DNA of 64,000 bases from Bispira polyomma. Taxonomy: Eukaryota. Both the position numbers and the translations under genes were made by a program. Positions 11,073 to 25,300 of the stretch are shown in pieces (within the stretch, counting starts at the first letter, position 1; each line of letters opens with the position of its first letter). Location of the stretch: positions 6,882,001 to 6,946,000 of the forward strand of contig OZ287749.1 of the NCBI GenBank assembly GCA_965649765.1, written 5' to 3'. The notes below the pieces were generated by a model. That model saw nothing but the letters and a program-made list of their open reading frames with translations, was not told the origin of the DNA and did no database searches.

Positions 11073-14000
11073 TTAATCTGACCCCTCAAGTAAAATCAGT
11101 TTAGTAACTGGCCTCACAAATTCAGCACACCTAGTTTTAACTTTAGCAGATCTAACTAGTCTATCATCACCTTCCTGAACTTCTATTACGAGAGCCATAG
11201 GCCACAGACCACGTGGGGTGTTCTCAGAAGCTATCAACACCAGGTCACCCTTTGCAATGTTTCTTTTAGAACGATGCCATTTGTTTCTAGCCATCAAACA
11301 AGGGAAGTATTCTTTGAGCCAGCGTTTCCAGAATACATTGACCAAATGCTGCACTTGTCTCCATCTTCTCCTGTACACATCACTTTCTGAGAATATTCCT
11401 GGTGGTAATGTAGGTACCTCAGTAAGCAACAACAAATTATTAGGTGTCAGAGCCGAGGCATCCAATACACTGTCACTCAACTTGGTTATTGGTCGACTGT
11501 TGACTATAGACTCTATTTCGCAAAATAGAGTTTCTAGACCTTCATCCGATGATCTGCAGCCTGTACCAATTAGTCCGACCATGACCTTCCTAATGGTTCT
11601 AATAAGGCGTTCCCATACACCCCCCATATTAGATGCCTAAGGCGGATTAAAATGCCACTCGATCCCTTGTTTCACACTGTAGCCTTTGAGTGTATCCTGG
11701 TTGAACTGATGATAATTTCTTTTAATTTCTGCAAATCCCCCTGTGAAATTAGTTTTATTATCTGACCACACTTTCTTTGGTAAGCCTCTTCGTGCTGCAA
11801 ATCTTCTGAAACCATTTATGAAGCTGTCTGTGTCTAGGCTATTTAATTTCTCTAAATGCACAGCTCTTGTATTCATGCAAGTGAATAGACATGCATAACG
11901 TTTCACTTCAGAGCGGCCTTGCTTAACCAAGAATGGACCAAAACAATCTATCCCTGTGTAGGTGAAAGGCTTAAGTCCACTTTTAAGTCTTTCTGGGGAC
12001 AAATCCTTCTGCAAGCATGACTTCGAAAACATTTTCTTGCAAAACATACAGCCATGTGAGACACTCTTTACCAGGACCCTAACCCTTGTAATCCAGTAAT
12101 GTTTCCTGATTTCACTTATTACCCATTCTGACCCACAATGTGCTACACTGTGATATTCTACTGCTATTAATCTCGCAATGTGATGTTCATTTGGCACTAT
12201 TATTGGATACCTAAAATCACCATGCACTCTTGCATTCTTTAAACGTCCTCCGACCCTGATAAGTCCATCTGAATCAATCTTGGGATCTAAAGAAACAATC
12301 TTGCTTGATTTCGCAACACAATTTCCCTTTGACAGTGGATTTAATTCATCAAAAAAAACAGGCTTGTTGTACATATTTGAGAATGACTTTTTCGGCTTGT
12401 TCTATCTCTTTGACTGATAATGCACACTTTAGGTATGCCTCTGATCTATTAAGATTCTGCTTGAATCTCAGTATCCATGCTACTCCTCGTTTTAGCATAT
12501 ACCAACTGGAGTAATGATGAATAAGCTTTTCTATAGCAGAGTCCTGGACACTAACTGCCAAACATGCCAACTTCTTTACTTCGGGATCATCTTCCTCTGG
12601 TAATTCTTCAGAAACACTGTTCCTAGAGCTCCATGTAGACTTGTAATTGTGAAGAAACTGAGGACCTTCCAGCCACGACTTGCAATCAAGACTTTGCACT
12701 GTTTCACCACGTGTAAGCATATCAGCAGGATTTTCCTCCCCTGGCACAAAATGCAATTGTTGCACAGTCGTAAGTTGATGTATAACACTCACCCTATTGG
12801 CCACAAACACATGGAACCTTCGTGATTCATTTTGAATGTATTTGAGAACAATTTCACTATCTGTCCAAAAGTAAGATGGGCTGAGTTGCATATCCAGTTC
12901 TTCAGTTAAGGTAGCATCAATCTTTGCAGCTAGTACAGCAGCCTGCAATTCCAACCTGGGAATAGTCACTGTCTTTGTTGGTGCAACCCTGGACTTGCTA
13001 ATGATCAGAGCAACATTAACATAACCATTTTTATTCACACACCTTAGATAACTGCAGCAACCATAGGCCTGCTGACTTGCATCAGAAAATATATGGAGTT
13101 CCATATGTGCATCATTAAAAACAGAGGGCTTGATACATCTGGGAATACTGACATCAGATATTGATTGTAGGGAAGCGATCCAATTTGTCCATTTCCTTTG
13201 CAATGAAGGTGCAATTTCTTCATCCCAAGACACCTTGCTTTGTGTAGCTTCTTGAAAAATCAATTTTCCCTTTACAAGAAGTGGATTCAACAATCCTAGA
13301 GGATCATAAACTGATGACAGTGAGCTCAACATTTTGTGCCTGGATGTCGCAGATCTTTCAGAATGATGTAGACTGCTCTCAAACTTAAAAGCGTCATCCT
13401 TGACATCCCAATTGATGCCTAAAACTTTGCTTCCAATGTTTTCCTGCACTAATTTTACTTCCTTTGCACGTTCATCTTCTGGGATCTGTTCTAACAGCTC
13501 CATGTCATTAAGAACAAATTTTGTCCAATGAAATCCTCCGTTGCTGAGCAATTCTACAGTTTTCTCAATAAGCACCATCACTTGTTCCCTCTCAGGCAGA
13601 GATTTAAGACAGTCATCAACATAAAATGATCCCATGACAGTATCAGAAACCATGTGATCTACTTTAGGGTAATCTATCAGCACTTGTCTCAAAGCGAATG
13701 TGGAGCTACTGGCACACCAGATACCTCCAAATACATGTCATCCGATACTGCACTTCCTCACCAGTCTCATCATACCACAAGAACCTCAATGCATCTCTGT
13801 CCTTCTCTGGAATGAGCACTTGATAGTACATAGCCTCAATGTCTGCAATTACTGCATAAGAATGCTGCCTAAATCTGAGTACATTTAACAGTTTATTTGT
13901 CAGGTTGGGTCCTTGTATACATTTATCATTCAATGATTCACCATTATATTTGGTCGCACAGTCAAATACTACCCTCAACTTTCCTGGCTTCTTCTCAGAT

Positions 14001-16157
14001 ATAACTGCTTGATGTGGTAAATACCACATTTTTGTATCTTGTAGTGTAGCTTCCTCTGGCACTGGCTCTGCATACCCCTTGTGTAGTAATTTATTATCTC
14101 TGTATTGTACGGCTCATACAAATCACGTTTGGCCAAGGACTTCCTGGTTGATTTTAATCTTACACTAGCCACACTGAAATTATTGGGAACATATGCTTGC
14201 TCTTTCCAAGGAATAGGCAGTTCATAATGGCCATTAACCAGCTTGCATTCCTTATTCCACAGGTCAACAACTTTTTGATCATTCACCGACCACGTGATGT
14301 GATCTATTGCTTCATTATCCAGGTTCCACAGAACATCTATGTCACGGTTGATTTCTGCACGAGCTGTGACAAAATGTGTAACAACGTAATTACTTACAGA
14401 GTTCATGAGACTGGTTGCTCCATACAATGTCCAACCCAAAATAGTTTTCACAGCAAATGGTTCACCTTTCTTTCCTTTCTTGACATCCAAAGGCACAAGG
14501 GCTTCAGCATGATCTTGTCCTATCAATATATGGACTTCATGTCCATTACCTGTGAAAGAGAAACCATCGAGATGTTTAAACATCGACACATCAACAGGAG
14601 GTGACTGCACTGGAATCTTGTCAACAACTAGAACGTCCTTCAGTTGGAGTGTTTCTGAACCATCAGTTGACACAATATTAAAATTTACAACTTGTGAAGT
14701 TACTTTTTCATTTGTCTTGCTCAGAGTACTCAAAGAATACTTAGTTGATTCGCATTGAAGTCCCAAAGAGTGCACTAGTTCCTGTGTACAAAATGTGTGG
14801 GTCGAGGCACTATCTAGTAGAACTGTGGCATTACGATTACCATTAACTTTGACAGTGGATACTGGCATATAAACACTGGGATGTCTGGCAGAACTTTGAG
14901 AACCAATATTGGCATTACTGACACTCACCGTTGCAGGACTAGAGATGTGTAGGAATTTCGAGTGCTTTTTTCCACAATGAGGAACAGTACAAGTAGAGCT
15001 GTTTCTGCAGTTCAAAGTATTATGATTTCCCAATAAACAGTTTTCACACAAGTTTTTGTCATGTACCAAATGTACTCTTTCTCTTGGTTGCATATCCTTG
15101 AACCTTGAACAATAAATTATCTTGTGATCTTGACCACACACAACATACGGCGGCCTACAAAATCCTTTCATAGCAAAAGAGGATGCAGTTGATGTACGTA
15201 ACTTCTTATTCTTGGGCTTTACACTTTCATGGCTTTCATTTACTTTCACATAAGGTTTTCCATACACTGGATCTGTGGCTTATCCACTTCCTTCTCGAGA
15301 AACTTGACAAGATCATTAAAACCAGGATAATTTCCCTTGTCTCGCTTGGCATCGGCAGCATATTTCTTCCATCTGTTCCGTATGTAGTTTGGAACTTTAT
15401 TCACCACTTCTAAAACAAGTGTTTGACTATCCACCTCATGGATCCTGTCTAGTTGCTTCAGCATTGCCAATCCACTGGATAACCCATCAACCAACCGTTG
15501 AAGCTCTTCTCCAGATCGCGCAGGTCTTGCCTGTCTGATTTGAGTTACAACACAGTTCATGACTAAATGTTCATTACCAAACCTCTTGTGGAGAATATCC
15601 CGTGCTCTTTTGTACCCTTCAGAGCCATCTAGTAATGTGCAAGATTGAATGGCTGAAAGAGCCTCACCTTGAGTAAATTGTAGAAGATGGAGTAATCTAT
15701 CATCCGCCACATACTTTACCACAGCCTGATCAAATGAAGCCATAAATCCGTGGTACTTCAGTGGATCACCGTCAAATGGCTTCAACTCCAATCTTGGTAG
15801 GTTTACAAGACCCATGGCTTCAGCACTGATATGAGAAGCATGTGAACTATCTCTGGATCCAGACTCTAGCCAACTCTGTGTCTTCTTAATGACTTCAATA
15901 TAGGTAGCTTGAACATCATAGAAGTACTTGTCATTCTTCTCTGATTCATCAAAATCCTCGATTAATGACTGAATTCTGTCATGTACATTTTCAAATTTAC
16001 TGAATGTGTCCTTCAAACCTTCTACTTCTGGAACAAGTTTGTCTTTATCATGTTCTGCTAAGTACTTCTGTATTATGTTGATTTTTCTTGTAACTGCCGC
16101 CTTATACTGTCTACGGGACAATGTCAACCTCTCAACACTAACTTCTTCTGCTACCAT
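11073..16157 (-). pseudogene. BEL/Pao gag-pol polyprotein (broken into 6 ORF pieces)
   Basis: Start MVAEEVSVER at 16157; LPRLELKPFDGDPL; CENCLLGNH...C..C..KH knuckles; frameshifts and an in-frame TAG at 11637-11639. Confidence 0.93.
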
Positions 16158-16168
16158 GTTTTGTTTAC

Positions 16169-16671
16169 TGTTAAGTTTGTGAGGTAAAAAATAAAGAATA
16201 ATTCTTCCTTTCAAAAGCTTTATTGCTGTACACTGGTATAACCAGGTAAACCTAAAAAACAGACAAAAAACACATATAAGTAACATATACAAAAAAACAC
16301 AAAATAGAGAAGGGGGAAAAAAAGGAAAAAATAATTACATTAAACTACAAAAAAGAAACTACAATTTCACTAGTAATAAATTTCAAAAATACTTACAAAA
16401 CATTGGAGCTTCTGACCTCACAGAATATAAACTTTTAGGGTGTTTTACCCTGAACTTTCTTTTGCTAACTGACCCCAAACTATACAAAAAATCACCACAC
16501 TTCATGTGGCTGTAAGTGTCCACTCCTTGTCAAGCATATTAAATCAATATTGAACCCCTTTGTAGAAGCACACAAACCTCTGCAGAAAATATTCGCCTAG
16601 CCTGGCAAAGGCTCAAAAATAAACATGTAATAAAAGAAAAAAATAGAAATACCTGCAGGCCATTTCTAACA
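16169..16671 (-). repeat. 5' LTR of the BEL element (503 bp)
   Basis: TGTTAG...TTAACA on the minus strand; AATAAA present. Confidence 0.97.
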
Positions 16672-17332
16672 CTGAGTATGTAATTGATGAAGTAAGTTAT
16701 AATACATTTTTCATTTTACGAAACAATAAGGTTGCAAATTTATAAATTACAAGTACTGGATTTCAGCACACCTTTAGATATATCAATAGATTTGGATATT
16801 TAACATTGTATTCTTTATTATGTACATTTAGCTCAAACTATAGTAGTAAAAGATACTTTTAATACACAAAACGTTTCAGTGAACAAGATGGTGTCTACTT
16901 AATCCAGTAAAATGCTCCAAATATCGCATCTATTGGTGAACTTTTCATGATTGGATTCAATTTTTCGACAGCAACCTTAAAAATAAGTGTGGCCTTTGGT
17001 TTTATCAAAGTTTCTTGAATGTTGTACTTTAATATTGATTCTAGTGCAAGGCTAAAGTAGTGGTGCGACAGGTGTAAGCTTTAGTTTTTATATTAAAGTT
17101 TATTAAAAATTGTGTGTCATATATATTGAGCCTAGTGTAAGGCTAGGTAGTGATGTGTGATTTTAGGGGATTTCCATGTATTATGCTTTGGGTCTAGTAC
17201 ATTGTTAGGTCAGATATAAATTAGTATTCATTTTATTATAAGCCCTATTAAATCATGTGTGTTCTATCCTAATGACTCTGGTATAGATTTATTGAGGTGA
17301 GCTTGATAATGTTTATGCATATTTAAATAGTC

Positions 17333-17773
17333 TACTTTAGATGAATTCAGATACATAAAAGGTGAATGTTCTAGTATTTGATTTAAAAAGGATGTCACAA
17401 GTCTTGGAGTGTTTTTACATTTAGGAATAGTACTACATATATGTCGTAAGTTAATTAACATGTTTCTCTGAAATTTTACAACAATGTGTAAATGTGTTTC
17501 ATCAGATACATTTATGCAGTCATTTTGTTGTCAATATATGATGCACTCAGGTATAGATATTCTACTTTGGGTGTAATCTGATATATGAAAGGTGAAAAGT
17601 TCTAGTATTTGAACTGAAAAGGATTGTCGGGGACAAGAGTGTTTTTACATTTAGGAATAGTACTGTATATGTCGCAAGGTAATTCATATGTTTCTCTGTA
17701 ATTTCAATATGTAAATGTGTTTGATCAGTTATATTTATGTAGTAATCATGTTGTCCATATTTTATGCACTCAG
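17333..17773. repeat. Diverged ~230-bp tandem duplication
   Basis: CTACTTT...GAGTGTTTTTACATTTAGGAATAGTACT...ATGCACTCAG occurs twice (~17333 and ~17563). Confidence 0.8.
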
Positions 17774-19367
17774 CTGTTGCATGTTTTATTACCTGCATTA
17801 GTGTATCTGATATGGTATCTGGATTATTTATTGTCTTATTAACTGACATGTGTAATTGCAGATAGTATATGATGTAGAATATATCTTAAGTGGTGGTCCA
17901 ACATTGATTTCATGTTGATAGTGTGTACAGTGTCTGGTGTGCAGAGACTTTGATGGAATAAGTGTGAATATATTAATACACTGTATGTTTTATTTTTTCG
18001 TTTATACTACAAAAAAGTACAATGAAAATTACAAACTACAGAGGAATACAGATATAACTATTTTTATACATTTACATCAAAGAAACTGTTGTTTTAATAT
18101 GTACAAATAAAGTTCAAGAAGTGATTGAGTTCATGTATTTTAATTCTAGTATTTCTACTATCAAGCATAATCAGTAAATCTATAATATTGCTTACCAGAA
18201 ATAGCTGACAACAATCTGTGGATAGCATACATTCACATTTTTTTAGCAAAATTGAAGAAATACCCAATAAGAAATCCGTAAAAATATGGGTTCTCACTTA
18301 ATCTACAGTTTAAAAAAATTTAAAACTGTCTTGTCTTTTTACACATTAAGTTAAATTTTCTAAGTTTCAAGCTATTTGTTATAAATCTCTAATTTCTGTT
18401 ACTGTAAGATTAAATATATGTAGGGCAACCATAAATTACAAGCCGTCTTAGTCTCTCTGAGCTATGGCTGAAACACAACATATCGTGCTTCTGTGCGAGA
18501 CAAGAAGAAGCCTATATATAAACATTTAAATCTCCACTGAAGGCTACATAAACGTTTAGCTTTACCAATTAAGCCTTTTAGTAGGCCAATTGTATAGATC
18601 TAGTTACTGTGTTGTGCCTTAATGAGCAAATTATGTTTAAGCAGTAATATAGCTTAAAAAGTAGAGTTGAACATATTTGAGGATTACACAGAGCTAGACT
18701 AGTGTTCTGTACTGTGCAATGTATCCAAACCTAGAAACAAATGTACCATGTTATTCATACTGATATTTATTAATAACAAATGGGGGAATCTGTGTAGTCG
18801 TCAGTCTAAATTAAACGAAAAACTTAAGAGTTAAAAGATTTTCTCAATGTAGTTATTTACATACATATTTTATAATATATAAAATGCCTTGCAATTTTTG
18901 AATGATTTTAGGTAAAGTGCTTAATCATTAAATTATTTGATGTGAAGTGCAGGTGTAGCCGTGACTTATTATTAGATATATATTTTTCATCTGTACCTAC
19001 ATTGTGGTACTATTATACATGTTCATAGGTTATGACCATATTGAAACAATGTTTTTTTTATGATAATTTTATTGTATGTATATTTAACTAAGAAATTGTT
19101 GTGAATTTGTTAGGGTTTTTACTTCTAATGAAGAAAATAAATTTGTAGTTGTATTATAAATATAATATTTGGTAATAATCGAGACATTAAAAGTAGCAAA
19201 TACACTTAGTGACACAATGTAGACAATTACATGGCCATTTTATTTACATTGACAGTTACTTGAATGTTTCGCCATATGGCATAGTACTAAAATTGTGTCT
19301 TGATTTCCAGATCAAGCAGGAGACAGTTGTGCTAGCCCCCCAATCCCCCCTCCCCTCCCTGACCAAT

Positions 19368-22300
19368 ATGGCGGCTACAGGAGAGCTGGCCACCTTCTCA
19401 GTATGGGATTATCTGGTCTTCAGTGCCGTCCTACTCATTAGTGTGACCATTGGACTTTACCATGCCTTTGCTGGGGGGAAACAGAAGACCACCCAGGTTA
19501 GTACTTATATTATAATCTTGGAAACTGTGACGCAGAGGAAATTCATATTTGGTTCAAATAATTATAGGAGGTTGTTGGAATGCAACGTTATTGTTTGATT
19601 TTACTCAAAGGCTATGGGATTTTGGCATTGTTGATACGGCAATGAGCCTTAATTGCTTCTGCTGGGTTTTATTATGATATGCCAAGAGTACATCAGTAAA
19701 ATACAAATTACATGACAAACTATTTATGGATTTAGAATAATTAAATTACACAAAAACACTGGATTTTGAGTTGAGAACAGTGTCTTTTATATGTATCTTC
19801 CTTAATTACAACAAAACCAGCTCATCATATGCCATTTGAATTTTTTGTGTAATGCCAGTATATTTAATTATGTCATAGTATATTATGTATCAGTTACTAT
19901 ACTCATTAGTGTTATTGTTACCAACATCCTGAAGGGAAAAAGTAACTGCATCGAAGAGTACACTAAAATATAAACCAATTTCAGGGATTATAATGAATTA
20001 AACTTTTTGTATGTGTACAAACTGGTTTTTTATCAAGTCCATGCATATTCAGCAGCCTATCCGATTTTTACCTTGTCCTTTCAGTTGGTTTTTTGTTACA
20101 CATCAGGTAATATATGGAAATATATACATGCCCGTAACATGTGTTTAGCTGCAATAGGGATGTGGCCAGTTGTTTTAAACATCTGCATCAGGTTTCCTTT
20201 TTTTTATCTCAATAGGGATGTGGCCAGTTGTTTTAAACATCTGTATCAGGTTTGCTGTTTTTTAACTCAGTGTATGAACTATCAGATACCTTTAAACACC
20301 TCTCTCATAAAAGGTGAATTAACATAAAAAATGAACTTTGGTTAATACATTGTTTCAAATATTAGAGGTCTAGCTGCACTGGTATATAATTATGTACACA
20401 TTTAGACATATGTTTTTTTTATAATGACTAGTGCATATTAGTCACTTCAAAAATTTAACAAAAATATTTTGAAGAGTACATTATGCAAATAATAATGCAC
20501 AAACTTTTAATAAATATGTGTAAAATTAAGAATCAAATTAATGGTCATTTCTGATAAAAAATTTTCATTACACAGATACTTAGATTGACATTAATTCACA
20601 TTTACTAACAAATGTTCCCATAACATACTCGCTGTGTGGAACCCTTTTAGGTTTTATGTTCCAACCATATTTTCCCAATACAGAAGTTCTTTGTGGCTAT
20701 CCCAAGCTTGTAATACCTGTATTTTACTTTTCTCCTTTTTAGCTGTTGTAATTCTACCATATATTCAGTGGTGTAGTGGTTAAATATGCACTCGCCTCTC
20801 ACCTTTGAGGGGTCATGAATTCTCATCTCGGCTTTATTTGTGAAAGTTGGTAGTTACTTGTTTTTGCCTAGTGGTTTACAGTGCAGAATCTTGACCAACT
20901 AGTATGCACTGGTTTCTCCCACCAATGAAACTGCTCGTTGTGATATGACCCATACAATGTAATGAAAAGAACGTTAAACCCCAATGAATCAATGTACCAT
21001 ATATTCATATTTCAGGAGTTCCTAATGGCTGGCCACAGCCTGTAATACCTGTATTTGGTATACTATTTACCTTTTCAGCTGTTCTAATTCCACCATATAT
21101 TCACATTTCAGGAGTTCCTGATGGCTAACCGCAGCCTCTCAGCTCTCCCTGTTGCTCTTTCCGTCCTCGCCAGTTTCTTCTCCGCCTCCACCCTGCTGGG
21201 CACACCGGCCGAGATCTACTTGAGGGGCACGCAGTACTGGATGTCTGTATGGGGGGCTATGATCGCTCCGCTGCTGGGGGCACATCTATTTGGCCCGATG
21301 TTTCATAGGATGGGTGTGGTCAGTGTGTTTGATGTAAGTACAGGGTGCTAGTTAAGAATTCCAGGTAATCTCAAAGATTCAGTACACACTTGAATATTCA
21401 ACTGTTTAGAGTTTTTATGTAGGTTAAACTGACTTAAAATAAGTACAAAACTATATTAATGATTACAACTACCACATTTTTGCTTTGAAGATAGTTTCTT
21501 ATTTCGCTGAGCTTTGTATTCTACATACTGTGCAAAGTCCAGTATTTGCTTAAGTTTTGCTTTATAATACCAAATTGAGTATTTACTTAGCCAAGCAAAT
21601 ATTGCACTTGTTTTACCTACAAGTAGCCAAGTTTTGGAAATAGTGCCACTGGTCCCTGTTTCACAAAGCCATTCTAAATATTTAGTGTGCTACTAACTAG
21701 AAGTAGTGTACTTGGTGTTACCATGGAAAATGATATGTAACCATAATGTAGTGACACTACTGTCAATTAATTTGTATTACATATATTTTACATATATTTT
21801 AACAAGCTTTATTGATGCAAGGTATCTTCTAAAGCCCAAAAACAGAATTCAATTGACCGATTGTGTAGTCCAGGTAATAGGTCCTTAAGGAGTCCTTAAT
21901 TGATATGCCAAGGGCTATACTTAATATATGACTTATTAACTCTACTTAGTAAGCCAAAGCCTATCAAGTCATCGATATAATTTTTTAACACAATAGCTGA
22001 ACTTGCATTACATATGTAGTTGCATCATTCAAGTAATTCAATTTGTATTGCCATGTTTATAACGTACATATGGATGCCATCAGATTCATCTTGATATGAC
22101 AAAAGGCATGACTATTGTCAATCTTACACAGCTTTGACCAAACCCAGCTGGACAACCTTAATAGTGGTCAGATCTACCTACTGGAAGGTAATAATGAAAG
22201 GGGTGACAAGATATGTATCCGACCATACTGTCGAATTAACCTTGAATTAGCGACATCCAATAGGAAACCATAACAAATAAGTTGAATTAAGTGCTGATCC

Positions 22301-25300
22301 CAGTAATTTCTCAGATGTTGTTGCCACACACTGACTGTGAACTAATTTCCAATTTTCATAGTTAGGGCTTTGAGCATTGAGATTCGAGCATCCCACACTT
22401 TATACTTGGAATTGTTTATGATGACTGGATTTTTTTGTAAACCTGACTTACTTTACCTGCATTTGTGATGTACTAAACAGAAGAAGTTAGTCAATGTTGA
22501 CTAACCCCTTGACCTTTGTATTGTCTTTTTGTTTCTAGTATCACCCACCACAGGTTTTGTTGAGTTTCTACTATTTTTTGACAAAGTAAGGTAAACCCAA
22601 AGCCCAAGTTTAAATTGAATATCTTAAAGAAATACAGAAACAAATTCTATTACAGTTAGGCACAGTTTTACTAGAAAATTTCTTGCAAAAACTCTTTGAT
22701 CAAGGTTTTATCATCAAATTTTGTGCTTCGAAAATATTTACATTGAAATGTATCACATTGAATAACAAATCCGATGCCAGGGTTTTGTCCTGATAATTCA
22801 AATTTCTTCAGGTTTTTGTCTAGTTGGGATTTGTCTAGTAGGTGTTTTGTTTGATTGTCATACAATAAACTTGTCTCATTTCAGTATTTGGAGAAGAGGT
22901 TCAACTCCAGAGCCGTCAGATTGTTTGGTGCAATTCTATTTATTATCAGAGTTGTAAGTTGTCTATTAATATCATTATTATTAGTCATTAAATATATGCT
23001 ATTTTACTGCATGTTGAAATACTTTTGCCATCAGTGTAATAATGTGATTTTGTTCTGATTTCTTGATTGTACATAATCTTATACTAATCTTGATGTCATT
23101 GCAAAATCTGTGTATATAATTAGTTGTTTGTTAGCTCTGGAACAACTGAGGAAGTTATTTTTATGCATTTGGTGCTTTTGTTCTGTTCATGAACCACAAA
23201 TTTGGAATTTGAAAAGAAATTGACTTTAAGGTTGAGGGTTAGTTATTGAACTTAAAATTTGGATGGTTACCAAGTATATCAATTTCAGTATTAGACTTTT
23301 AAAATAGAGTACTCCTCAATTTCATTTGATAATGTTCAAGTTCTATTGCTGTTCTGAGTATATATTTTGTATATTCGAGTGTATAAATTTTGTGACTTTC
23401 CCTCCATCCATTTGATCTGAATCCACTGAACTAACTCACTGATCTGGTTCACTATTCGATGCATTTCACAACCGAATCCGTTGATCTACAAATCTAGACT
23501 GAACACCACTCTTAAGGTGGGTAAAGCAGGCTTTATTTCCTATTAAAAATATGTAATAATAATACCATAAAAAATGATGGCCTGTAAATATCTATTTATA
23601 CTTGTTTGGTTTTTTTGTCATTTATTATCTGTATTTGTAGACACTTGGAATGGGTATAGTTATGTTTGGACCTTCTGTCGCTCTAAATGCCGGTAAGTCA
23701 AAATATTTTCTGCTTTTACATCATACGTCACAGACTATGGACCTATATATGTTGCATGCTCAAAGTCAAAAGCTTATATATAGATCTGTGGACAGAAATC
23801 ATTTTTGTCAATTAACCCTCCATTTGAGAATTCATTACCTTTACATATTAGGGCCAGCCCCTCTGTCACCTTTTTTAGAAGCAACACAAAATCATCAATA
23901 TTTGCATCAGCCTACCCTACTTGACCATCCCTTCATCCACAGTATAATCTTCCTGGAATCCTGACCCAAAATAGATCGGTATATATTATGGAATTTGGGG
24001 TTTTGCATGTGAGCCATTCATTAGCATCACATGCATTCACAATTCATGTCTACCTTATTTTTCAGTGACTGGATTCCCTGTATGGGCTATCATTATCTTG
24101 GTCGGGGCAGTGTGTGCATTCTATACAGCTCTGGTAAGTACAGTGCTACTCTTCTATTTTTTTTTAGTTATTAAATCGCGCCCTGTCAGTTTACTGGTGG
24201 AGGGAAGCTTAACAGGCTAGTTCATCAAAATTACTGAACTACAAACCAACAGCCTTCAGCAAATCTTTTCAGGGGCTGTCATTCAAATCCACACTTGCAG
24301 AAGTGTTAGCCTTCCCCTACCAGTTTCACTTGAATTGTAAGCTATACTGATATTGCAAAAAATTATGTCATTTAACACTTTCGATTACTGGGTTGTGGCA
24401 GCAGACCGCATTTGTTACTCTTAGAACCTATGTCTGTTGAAAAAATATTATTTTATTTCCCTTTAGTTCCTCACAATAGGGAATTGTCAGTATAGCAAAC
24501 TTTCCTGTTTAAAAAATTATACATGAGGTCATTATTAAATGCCGAAAGTCGTCTTTGGTGTGTGTTTTGGTGACTCCAACTATGTGTAACCTATTACCGA
24601 TTTCCTTTAGGTACCGGCGATAGTTTTCTCACAGTAAAAGTTAAATTTGATTTTTACCCACATCCATTGATAACTACAGTGTAGTTATTTCCTAATATTG
24701 GACTTTATATTACATAAGTCTTGTTCATTTCTTACATATTTATCAATGTTACATGTTTTCTTACCAACGTTGGGAATAAAAATTACATCGATTATCTATC
24801 AAGCTAGTTTACCAACATGTAAATATAATATCGCAAACGAAGAGCTATTTACTGAATTCCTAAATTTCACATTTCACCACACAAGGTCACTTACCAATAT
24901 GCTTATTAATCCTTGATTTTCAGGGCGGTATGAAAGCTGTGGTATGGACCGATGTATTCCAGACTTTCATCATGTTGGCTGGCATGTTAGCTGCCATTAT
25001 ACAGGTCTGTGGCACACCCCCTTAAGTACACTGTAACTCTAGAGATGTCCCATTACCAGGCAAGGTATTACATTTTTAACTGATAACAAAGTATTCGTCA
25101 CTGTACAGTCATGCACTGAAAATGTCTCTTGGCAATGCCAGCATGGTCAGAAGAAGATGGCATATCGGCCTATTGAGGTTTACGTTCATGAATAGGTATA
25201 CCAACTACTTTGAAAAGTCTGTCCATACATTTTAATGAAAGAGTTGGAAATAACATGCTGATAGTCATTTAAGGCTGCTATGTTTTTTGTCGCTGTTCGT

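Larger units (their letters stand above)
10137..16671 (-). mobile_element. BEL/Pao LTR retrotransposon, full length, frameshifted
   Basis: TG...CA LTRs at 10137-10641 and 16169-16671; 5-bp TSD CTGAG at 10132-10136 and 16672-16676; PPT GTAGGGGAG next to the 3' LTR; gag-PR(LDSAS)-RT(FYVDD)-RH(FSDAS, IPRLELQAA)-IN(GIDCFGP, GGVWERLI, RPVTKL). Confidence 0.97.

Noticed and set aside
15246-16292. ORF-track start inside the LTR giving a hydrophobic N-terminus
   Set aside because: LTR sequence; the ATG at 16157 is the plausible gag start.
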